Source of the DNA: Mobula hypostoma | Lineage: Eukaryota | Assembly (NCBI RefSeq): GCF_963921235.1 | Contig: NC_086108.1 | Location: 91,390,001 to 91,454,000 of the forward strand | DNA length: 64,000 bases | Reading direction: 5' to 3' | Shown here: positions 25,069 to 35,274 of the stretch, in pieces | Layout of the letters: each line of letters begins with the position of its first letter | Numbering within the stretch: the stretch's first letter is position 1 | Notes under the pieces: model-generated | Told to the model about the DNA's origin: nothing | The model's input: the letters and a program-made list of their open reading frames with translations, nothing else | Database searches by the model: none | Program-made: the position numbers and the translations under genes

Positions 25069-26074
25069 GTATTGAGTAGTTTCGCTAGAAGTAGTCTAAG
25101 GGTTCGAGTAGGCAGCTCACAGTCACCCTCATTGAACATTACAGCACAGTGCAGACTCTTCAGCCCATGGCGTTGACCTTTTAAACTGTACTAAGATAAA
25201 CAGGACATGCAAAAAGTGTCCCCCTTGCCAACAACACCTACATCCTAATAAACGAATGAACTAAAAATTGCATGGCCTAATACTCCTTTTTTATCTTCTG
25301 AGATCCTTTTCAGGTTGAAAGAGTACTTTGATATAAACACAGTTTTGGCAATTAACAAGCATGTAAATTCTGAAAGATATTTCAATACTTGCTCTGTTTC
25401 ATTCAGGACTTAAATGATTTCAGCCCTTCTTGAATCACTTGCACTACAAGCTTTATATTTCCCTGGTACAGAAATTTTAAGATGTTGTTCCGTTCCAGAG
25501 GCTCCCAATGCCAATAGGATTCTATTGGTATAATTAGGTTTCATCACAATCTGGAAATATTTATTTCTTCTCCCTTGTTTTAGAGAATTGACTTGTTACC
25601 AATTAATGAAGATGAATCCGTTACCAACATTGCTTCTTCAAACAAAAAGTTAGTATTACTACATTCAACATTGTTTATTCCTTTGACATAGTTGGCAACT
25701 TGTTCTCAAAGAATTCACTGCATCTATACACATATTTCTCATTAATGTTAAAATAAGGTCAAAAATATCAAATATCCATATCAGCACAAGGCCAGTATCC
25801 ATCAATAAAAATAATTAGTATTGATTCCCATTACATATTACTGTTACTGTAATAACTCTCACAAAAATTGATAGGTGACCTACAGATTTCTTCGTCTTTA
25901 TTGCCATCACATGCCCTTTTACATCTGTGGCTAATGTCAAAATGCAAAATTAGTGAGTGCGGAACAGGTTTGATTCTTATGAACAGATCATTCAAAATTT
26001 CTTAACATCCTATTTTGTGAAATTCCAAAGGTAATGAATTATAACCAGACTGCAATTGCTTCTGCCAAAAGGAA

Positions 26075-26270
26075 AATAGTGGAGGCAGACATATTAGAGA
26101 CTTTTAAGAGATGTTTAGATAGGCACGTGAATGTAAGGAAAATGGAAGGATATGGACATTGTGTAGGCAGAAGGGAGTAGTTGGCCATTTAATTACTAAT
26201 TTAATTGGTTCAGCACAACATTTTGGGCCAAAACGCTTGTTGCTGTGCTGTACTGCTTATGTTCTATGTT
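26075..26270 (+). mobile_element. CR1 3' end
   Basis: GTGGAGGCAGAC...TTTAAGAGATGTTTAGATAGGCAC and TATGTTCTATGTTC tail. Confidence 0.85.
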
Positions 26271-28209
26271 CCAAACACCTGAAGAAGACTATATGCAATG
26301 AAAAGCATTCTAAGGTCATTTCCAATTTTTACATATCCTTCCATTTCTGAAGTAGGAAGAAATATTATTGGGTGTCTTTTGACTGTACTGAAAGTGCTTT
26401 CTGCCCTCTTTAGGAAAATGATAATACCCTGACAGACTATTTGAAAGCTAACATTCAATAATGCCGCAATCTCTATATTAAAACTGAAACCTCCAAGTTT
26501 TAATGCAGCCCAAATTATATTAAACTTGCAACAACTCAGGCTCTTTTAGTGAAAATACAGCATATGTAGAAATGCAAGGAAAGTAGAAACTCATTTTTCT
26601 TATTAAAATGATATTGAAAATGTGTGGAATGTGAAGCTATTGATCCATGGTCAATCATACCCAAGCATCTGTGAATGACTAAGTCTGAATTGAGAGGGAA
26701 GAGAATTTTACATGCCTAAAAGAAAACGTAATGAACATTATATCACAGTGACAGTAATGCTGAGTTTAAGTCTCCGTTAGAATGCATTTTGCACCAACTA
26801 AATGGCACCTTGAGGAAACACTAAAGAGTAATGGAATGACACTGTTATCATTAGAGAAGAATAGTGCAAAAGAAAAAGAAATACACAGAGTATTGTTCAT
26901 CTGGTCCGAAACGCTGTGACTGCATCTCCTATCCATTGACCATTTTATACCTCTTTTGATTTTATTTTCCATTGATTCCAATTCAAGTATTACCTCAGTT
27001 TCAGAGAAACAATATAATTATTATGCCCATTCAAGAAGTTAGTTAGAAGAGTGTCAAGTGCAGATAAATGGCTGTCACGTCTGCCTGTTATTTATGTGCC
27101 TCTTTTGTAAATTAGATTTCATCAGCACTTAAAATTTTAAACATCTGTTGGCATGCTTTACTGCTTTTGAAGGCTGGAATTAATAGTTATGGTTTAGACA
27201 GTTAAATGCAGTAAATGAAAGTAATTTTTTTTCAGGATCTAATAGTCTTTCTCTGGCAAATATTCCCCTGGAGCTCAAGGCAAGGATCAGCCCTCCTAAA
27301 TCTGCCAAAAGGTGAAGGTGCACCCTTAGAAACCACTTAGTACATGTGTCTACAAACCTCTAAATGAATAATGAAAATCAAATAATTGTAGATGCTGCAA
27401 TCACCCAGCACCTGAATTGGTTAATTGTTGTTTAATGGGAGTTATTAATCATTACAAATTCCTTGTGTTTCTCTCAAGTGACTTGCTCTTTGTAATGCGG
27501 TCTCCTGGTACCTTTTGTTTAAGCTTGTTAAGTTTATTTGATAGTCCCGGAGATTCCACATTACTGGTGTTATTTAAGTGGATGCCTGCTTAGCGCTAAT
27601 CATGGGGACCTAGCTTTGAGAATGGTGTGTCTTGTGGTGTTGCTCAGTTGGGCCACCAATGTTCTGTTGGAGTTATTATGAATTAACTTGGGTCACCGTC
27701 TCTACATCAGAGTCTGTCTTTCAACCACACTTGGGTTCCAACATTGCCAGTGCACCTTGTGCATGTATTCACAGTAGAACAAAGAAATATTATAGAATTA
27801 ATGAAAAACTACACACAAACAAATAAAAGGAAAATCATGACGTGTGGCCAATTGTCACCAAATTCACAGTGAAGGAGGATTGACAGACAGGTTAAATTAC
27901 ATCCCCAGAATTAGCCAAAAATGTCAACCTGGTGTGTTTATGTACAATATGGAAATAATGTATGGGAGCATAGAATGTAATGACACAATCATTTGTATAT
28001 ATAAATATTACTTGTTTTCCCCTTCATGCTGTTATAGTTGTCTGGAGGCTCCTAATGTTTTACTGTCACTCTAGTTGGGGCACAGATTCGTAAAGCCCTG
28101 ATAAAGGCCCTTCAACCCATCATGTCTATGCTGACTATCATATAACCATCTATACTTATCCCATTAACCTGGCCTTCTCTGCTTCTGCAGTTCCAGTGCT
28201 CAGCTAAGT

Positions 28210-28628
28210 ACCATCGAGAGCATTCAAACTGGTTTCATCACTGTCTGGTATGGCACAGGATAGGAAACAGCTGCAGATGGTTGCAGACTGATCCGGCTCC
28301 CAGCATTGAGCATATCTTCAAAAGGTGAAGCCTCAAAACAGCGCCTTTCATCTTTAAGGACCCTCATCATTCAGGATATGCTCTCTTCTTATTACTATCT
28401 TCAAAGAGGACCTACAGGAGCCTGAACACTTTAGCAGCAGCTTCTTCCCCTTCACCATCAGATTTCTGAACCGATAATTAATCAGCACCATGAAAACTAC
28501 CGCATTATCTGCTCTCCTTTTGCAATATTTAAGTTATTTTTTAAATATAATATTATAAAATATTTTTTATATATTGCACTGTACTACTGCCCAAAACCAA
28601 CAAATTTCATGGCATATGTCAGTGATAT
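28210..28628 (+). mobile_element. Rex1/Babar 3' fragment (tail end resumes near 29555)
   Basis: TIESIQTGFITVWYG...KDPHHSGYALF remnant; TAAACCTGATTCT follows the CR1 insert. Confidence 0.8.
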
Positions 28629-28629
28629 T

Positions 28630-29553
28630 GGAGTCATAAGGTGATAGAGAAGTGCAGCACGGAAACAGGCACTTCGGCCCATCTAGTCCATGCTGAAAAC
28701 ATTTAAACTGCCCACTCCCATTGAACTGCACCAGGATCATAGCCTTCCACACCCCTACTATCCATGTACCTATCCAAACTTGAAATCAAGCTCACATGTA
28801 CCATTTGTGCTGGCAGCTCATGACCCTCTGAGTGAAGTTTCCCCTCATTCCCCTTAAACGTTTCTCCCTTCACCCTTAACCCTTGACCTTTGATTGTAGT
28901 CCCATCCAACCTCAGTGAACAAAAACTTGCTTGCATTTACCCTATCTATACCTCCCATAATATTGTATACCTCTATCAAATCTCCTCTCAATCTTCTACG
29001 TTCAAATGAATAAAGTCCTAAGCAATTTAATTTTCCCTCATAACTCAGGTCCTCCAGACCCGATAACATCCTTGTAAATTTTCTCTGTACTCTTTCAATC
29101 TTATTTACATCTTTCCTGTAGGTAGGTGACCTAAACTGCACACAATACTCCAAATTAGGCCTCACCAAATGTCTTATACAACTTCAACATAATATCCCAA
29201 CTCCTGTACTCAATACATTGATTTATGAAGGCTAATGTGCCAAAAGCTTTCTTTATGACCCTATCTACCAGTGATGCTGCTTTCAATGAATTATGGACCT
29301 GCCTTCCCAGATCCCTCTGTTCTACCGCACTCCTCTGTACCCTACAATTCACTGTGTAAGACCTAAGCCTCTAAACATAAACCAGCATTCAAGATGAGGG
29401 AGTAAACTGGATAAGACATTGGCCTTGTGGGAGAAGTCAGAGAATGGTAGTAGATACCTCTCTGACTGGAGGCCTGTGACTAGTGGTGTGCTGCAGGGAT
29501 TGGTGCTAAGCTTGTTGTTGTTCGTCATCTATATCAACGAAATATATGACCTT
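28630..29553 (-). mobile_element. CR1 insertion with inverted 5' segment (plus-strand piece about 29383-29540)
   Basis: Minus: VEQRDLG...VRPNLEYCVQF...RGDLIEVY; plus: LSDWRPVTSGVLQGLVLSLLLFVIYIN. Confidence 0.85.
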
Positions 29554-30467
29554 ACTAAACCTGATTCTATTTCAAAGGTTCAAAGGTTCATTTATTATTA
29601 AAGTATACAACTTTGGAATCCTTATTCTCTAGATAGCCACTTCCAGGTAGTTTCTTCGTTGTTGTGAGAATACCAACCTCCACTAGTGAGCGCACACCAA
29701 CATGTCCAGATATCTTAGGAGGTCAGCTTCAACAGTTACTGATGAGGATCATACCTGAGCCTGAAGTAAATCCATTGGCGGGAAAGGCCAATGTACTTTT
29801 GTTTTTATTACTGTTATACAAGGCTGTTCCTTGTTTGAAGTCATGATGGGGATTGAAAGAAAAAAACGCATAGTGGTGAGGCAGAAACAGGAGATATAGC
29901 ACTGTGGATTGGAACCATCTCAGTTCAGTGAATGACTCCTGGGATTTGTATGGACACTGGCAAGCCAGTTTAGTGAGAGGGAGCAGAACTGCAGAAAGCA
30001 GAAGTTGTTTTTAAAGCAACCGTGAAATCCAACAACAGCGCGTCAAATGCAAAAAGATGGTCTGAGTACAGTGTTATTGTTTCTGTTTTGGTAATGTTAA
30101 GATAAATGGCAGTTCATATGCATCCTGAGGGCATACAAAAAGGCTTGTGAGATATTCGTCTATTGCATTGAGAGGATGGAGATGTTTAATTCAACTCTTG
30201 AGGTGGGAGATCAGTTCGAGAGTGAACAGGCATTTTATGCTGCAGTGAGAAAATGAAAGAAAATGGCTTTACACCCAGGACTCAACTGGAAGTATACCAC
30301 ATACTCAGTAACAGTTGCTTCACAAAGAGCTCCAGATATTCTCTTTGATGAGCTAGTACAGACATCGGAAACTGCACTTAAACCATGGCTGTTTCAAATG
30401 GAGGAAAAGCATATATTTGACAAACCAAATCAGAAGCTGAGAAAAAAAAACAGTGAGTGATATAATC

Positions 30468-30872
30468 GTCCTCCAAGAGGACCACATCCCTTGTCATGAT
30501 TTGGAGGCTTACATACCTCAATGGCCCAGAAAGCTATGCTGGCTGGAGTCAGGGCTTTAAGCTTTGACTCTTGGTAGGGTCACCCAGGCTAAACAGGTCA
30601 AAGGGAAGAGGCCAGACTAAGAGTGGTCCACCAGTCCTCCAGGTACGGTAGAGTTCAGCTCAGGGCTGACATCCCTGACTAGTCAAACAAAACTGTTACG
30701 TTAATAGCAAAGAAGAATCCTTCTACATCTGTGTGTTACTGAGTCTCCACTTGGGACTTGCATGACTGATCGTAAACCAAGAGGAAGCTACTGACATGAT
30801 AAAGGATGCTGTGAACATCGCCAGAGATGGAGGACCTCCACTGCTGCCCTAAATGCCAGCGTGTAATGGGCA
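30468..30872 (+). mobile_element. RTE-derived bipartite non-autonomous element (5' UTR plus 3' end)
   Basis: CCTTGTCATGATTTGGAGGCTT...AGCTATGCTGG...GGTAGGGTCACCCA...CAGGTCAAAGG resembles RTE-clade (BovB/Rex3) 5' ends; ends with a WRTSTAALNA-like RTE 3' remnant. Confidence 0.7.
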
Positions 30873-31528
30873 AAAGAAGATATCATTGTGCTAGAAAAAC
30901 TATTAAGGCATTGCAACTTTGGAATGCTTCTTGATTTTGCACTGTGAAATAGGTTCATGACTGGCCTAATGATGAAAATTCCACTATAAACTATTACAAA
31001 GCATGTAGGATTATAATTTTCAATACTGATGGTATCTAAGAATACCAAAGATTTCCATTCGTTGCTAACGGTGTAATGGTGTACCAGTGTCAAAGGACAA
31101 CGCAAGGCTTTGATCCAGCAACAGAAGCATTTTCATGTGGTTGCAGGTGAGGCCTTTGCGTATTCATTCTCCATGGAATTATTCTTTTAATGAGAACAAA
31201 TTTAGTGCACTTAGAAGAAAGGACACAGAGCATTGACCTAAAATATCTAAATACAAGTCAATTCTAATAAAGTTCCAGGACAAGAAAAAATTCACAAGAA
31301 AGCTATTTACACAATGTTACGATCAATGAGACTGCAGACTTTAATCAGTACTGCATCTGTTCTAAGAGTGATCAGAGTGAGAAGCAACAGGAGTTTAAGG
31401 TCACAGTCTTAATTGACAATGGCTCTCTCTTAATATATTTCATTATGGTTATCAATAGCTATAATGAAAAATTCAGTTACCTGTCCTGATGACAGAACAC
31501 TGTCACTGAACACTGTGAATAATGTAGA

Positions 31529-31586
31529 GCAGGGGCTTCCCAACCTGGGGTCCATTCACCCTTTGCTTGGTCCATGGTATAAAAGA
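31529..31586. mobile_element. Truncated hAT MITE (same family as 44975-45048, opposite orientation)
   Basis: CAGGGGCTTCCCAACCTGGGGTCCAT...GGTCCATGGTATAAAA. Confidence 0.65.
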
Positions 31587-31624
31587 TGTGTAGAGGTTAC
31601 TCTACCCATCTGGTGTAAAGTAAC

Positions 31625-31868
31625 CTTCAGAATAGAGCTGAGGGGAATTTCTTTACCCAGAGGGCAGTGGATCTGTGGAATTCATTGCCACGGACAGTTG
31701 TCGAGGCCAAGTCACTGGGTATAGTTAAAGTGTAGATTGATTAGTAAGGGTGTCAAAGATTACGAGGAGAATGCAGGAGACTGGGAATGAGAGGGATCAT
31801 AAATCAGCCATGATGGAATGGGAAGCAGACTTGGTGGGCCAAATGCTCCTATGACTTATGGTCTAATA
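31625..31868 (+). mobile_element. CR1 3' end abutting the truncated Gypsy integrase
   Basis: GGAATTTCTTTACCCAGAGGG...CTCCTATGACTTATGGTC. Confidence 0.88.
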
Positions 31869-34044
31869 GAAGATCAGTGCGCTGGAGAATTGCCCTTGGG
31901 ATTCTGGATGATACGCAGACGATGTAATCTGTTTAGCTCCTAGTTTGTAAACTATCTGCTGGAATAATCCTGACATAAAATTACTCCCTTGATCAGACTG
32001 AATTTCTTTAGGCAAACCAAATAAAGTAAAAAACTTTACGAGAGCCTTTGACACAGTATTGGCTTTTATATTTCTAAGAGGTATTGCATCTGGAAACCTA
32101 GGTTCTGTACAAATGATAGTTAGCAAATACTGATGACCAGCTTTAGTCTTTGGCAATGGGCTAACACAATCCTCAATAACTTTAGAAAAAGGTTCACCAA
32201 ATGCAGTGGGGCCACTAGGGTGACCTGATTAGGTTTACCACAACCTGACAAATGTGACAAGTCATGCAAAATGTTGCAACATCTTTCCTTAAACTAGGCC
32301 AGAAGAATTGTTTTAAAACTTTGTTCACAGTTTTCTTCACACCTAGATGGCCACCCAAGGGTTTACTATGGACCAAAGTTAAAATCTCATTCCTATAGGC
32401 TTTGGGAACTACAACCTGGTGAACAATTGCCCATTCCTCACTTGCAGGAACATCAGGTGGTCTCCACTTCCTCATTAACACTCCATCCTTGAAATAAAAC
32501 CCTACTGACACTTAATCAATCTCCTCACCTGAGAGAGCTTTTTCTCTTAAAGCTTCAATCTCAGGGTCTGTGCTCTGTTCTGCTATAAACTCCATCCTAG
32601 ACAGAGATAAATCTTTATTATCAGATTTAATACCTGGATCCTGGTGAAACAATGAAGGCAGAAAAGTCCCTGACAAGCCTTCAAAATCTGATTCCCTGTT
32701 TGGGCTATCATGAGTAGCCGAATCATGCTGCACAGGACCATCTGCATTGGCAAGTTTCTTGGCCCTAGCTCGAGTTACTGCACACGACGGATCAATTTTA
32801 GGATCTATCTTTGAATCATCATTGATTAGCTTAGTTGTCAGCTGCACTGCAGGAACAACTTTACCACCTGCTAGGTCATTCCCTAACAACAAAGGAATAC
32901 CTTCCATCAGTAAACTGGGTCGTAGTCCTATTTTAACAAGTCCTGAAACTAACTCTGACTTCAAAATTACCTTGTGCAGAGGTATAGGAGCAACGTTGCA
33001 CCCAATACCTCGAATAAGGTTTACCTCACCAGTGGCAGTCTCATCACCAAACTTTAAAACACTGTCTAACATTAGTGACTGAGAAGCCACAGTATCTCGA
33101 AGAATTTTCACTGGTATCAGGGTTGACCCTTCCTTTACTGAAACAAACTCATCTGACGTAAGATGAAGGAATTCTTTCCTAACCTAACCAGATGTTTTAG
33201 TTTTTGACAGAGCTTCATGAGAATGTGCAGAACCCCGTGGATTTACAGGTGTTTCAATATTTTGAACACAGGCATCTGGAACTGCCTCCTTTTCCTTCTT
33301 CTTTTTCAGAAGGAAACAGTTAGCCATAACATGACCAGGTTTCCTACAATAGTGACAAGTAGGACAAGAGGGCTTCTCCTTTAATTGTTTCCCTTCATCC
33401 TTACCTTGGTCACTAGACCCAGATTTCATTTCTGGTTTACCCTGACTATCCATGCTACTCTTTTGGAAGGTCTTACTCGGGTAAACTTAACCTTGTGGGT
33501 TAAAGCAAACTCATCTGCTAATCTAGTAGATTCCTGCAAAGTGGCAGCATCATTTTCATCTAAATATGCCTTTATATTATTATGGACGCACCTTTTAAAT
33601 TCTGCAATTAAAATTAACTCTTTCAGTTTCTCAAAATTACCATCCACATTTTTAGATGTTCACCACCTTTCAAAACACACAGATTTCTCATAAGCAAATT
33701 CCACATGAGTCTGGTTCACAGATTTCTTCAAATTCCTAAACCATTGCCTATAGGCTTCTGGATCCAGATCATAGGCTTTAAGCACACCCTGTTTCATAAT
33801 CTCATACGTAGCTGCATCTTCAATTGATAGGGCAGAATAAGCCTGTTGAGTCTTACCCTTAAATACACTCTGTAACAAGAGAGGCCAGCTTCCTTCCGGC
33901 CACTTCAGGCTCTGAGCCACTTTCTCAAAATGCTGAAAGTATTTATCAACCTCAGTTTCATCAAATGGAGGGATCAACTTCTCTATCCTCTCTAGCTCAA
34001 ACCCTTTTTTCTCTGCTTCTTCAGCTGCAAACCGCCTCTGTTTT

Positions 34045-34205
34045 TCTGCTTCCTCAGCCTCAAGCTGTTTTTGTCGTAACTCAATCTCGAGCTGTTTTTC
34101 TCATAACTCAATCTCGAGCTGTTTTCCTCAACTCAGCCTCGAGCTGTTTTCCTCTTAACTGAGCCTCGAGCTGTTTTTGTTTTAACTCAACCTCGAGCTG
34201 TTGCT
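34045..34205 (-). repeat. ~27-bp tandem repeat in gag (KQLEAELR-like coiled-coil units)
   Basis: About six copies of AACTCAxxCTCGAGCTGTTTT with small indels. Confidence 0.85.
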
Positions 34206-34574
34206 GTCTTCGCTTATCCTTAGCCTTCATCGTTAGTTTTTCCAACTTGTACTGGAGAACAAGCTCACTGAGTTTACTTTTGGGAAACCTTTCTAACACC
34301 CCCTCTTCAAACGTCCTCAAAGAAATATAGTGCTCAGCTATTATCCTCTGAATCTGTACCTTTTTCATATCCCATTTTACTGCAGTAAGTCCCAGCTCCT
34401 TAGCAATGGCCAGCAAGTTGTCCTTTCTGGCATCCCCTAATGTCTTAGGGTCTGGCAACGCCAGAAATGCCCCGATATCCATTGCTGCTGGTTTCCCCAC
34501 ACAAGTCAATCAAAAGTGTAGTAGCCAATGAGATCAATAATCAATCAATAAGCTCCAATTTTGTTAATTTCGCT

Positions 34575-34586
34575 GACGAGCCCCCA
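34575..34586 (-). promoter_or_regulatory. Primer-binding site, tRNA-Pro type
   Basis: TGGGGGCTCGTC three nt downstream of the LTR end; matches the start of the tRNA-Pro PBS TGGGGGCTCGTCCGGGAT. Confidence 0.88.
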
Positions 34587-34589
34587 ATT

Positions 34590-35274
34590 TGTTACGACTT
34601 TGTAACGAACCAGCAGCATGAGATGACAAACTGAGTCAGGTTTTAATATTAAAACCATTATATTTATTTACATCTACTCAAAAATATAGAAAATTAAATA
34701 AACTACTTTCTTAAACGGAAGTTAACAGTGTTATGCATCTATAGCTCCCTTACAGTCAAACTTAGAACCCGTTCTTAACAAGTCTTACTCAAGCACAGTC
34801 GTAAAGTGGCAGTTCAGAGAATCCCAGTAATTTAAGAAATAGGTGAGAGGAGAGACTTGTGGATTCACAGTGCAGCGACGAGGCGATCATGACGAATTCA
34901 AAAGATTCCACGGCTAACGAACGAACAAACGGTTACCGAAGATCCCAGCCGAGGGATACCGTTCCGAAGTCCACGAAGAGCGATTTCACAAAGTGACTAT
35001 CACGAAATCCACACCCATGAATCATATGAAGGACAGGCACGTCTCCACAATGCACAGTGTGCCACTGATTAACCCAATCCTTTGGGTATGGGTAAGCATC
35101 AGACTTTACCCCTCTCGTTCCTGAGCTGTTCCCGAATAGCTCGATGTCTGCAATCTTCACTCTCTCTCTCTCTTTCCTTCAACTCCTTCTCAGCACTATG
35201 CCCACGTTTCTTTTATACCGTCGGCATACGTCATAAGGTAATATTCACAGAAACGAATCTGTGGATACGTAACG
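34590..35274 (-). repeat. 5' LTR of the Gmr1-like element (~685 bp)
   Basis: TGTTACG...CGTAAC(G) inverted termini; minus-strand TATAAAA near 35212-35218 and AATAAA near 34665. Confidence 0.8.

Larger units (their letters stand above)
31891..35274 (-). mobile_element. Gmr1-like Ty3/Gypsy LTR retrotransposon, 5' half: LTR, PBS, SCAN-like gag, CCHC, protease, integrase
   Basis: PPFDETEVDKYFQHFEKVA...PEAYRQWFRNLKK (SCAN-like capsid), CHYCRKPGHVMANC, ILRDTVASQSL, H..PLGGHLG...FCMTCHICQ, SDQGSNF...AYHPESQG; integrase follows protease with no RT between. Confidence 0.92.

Noticed and set aside
34045..34205. CRISPR-like array
   Set aside because: Head-to-tail coding repeat without unique spacers; eukaryotic context; no cas genes
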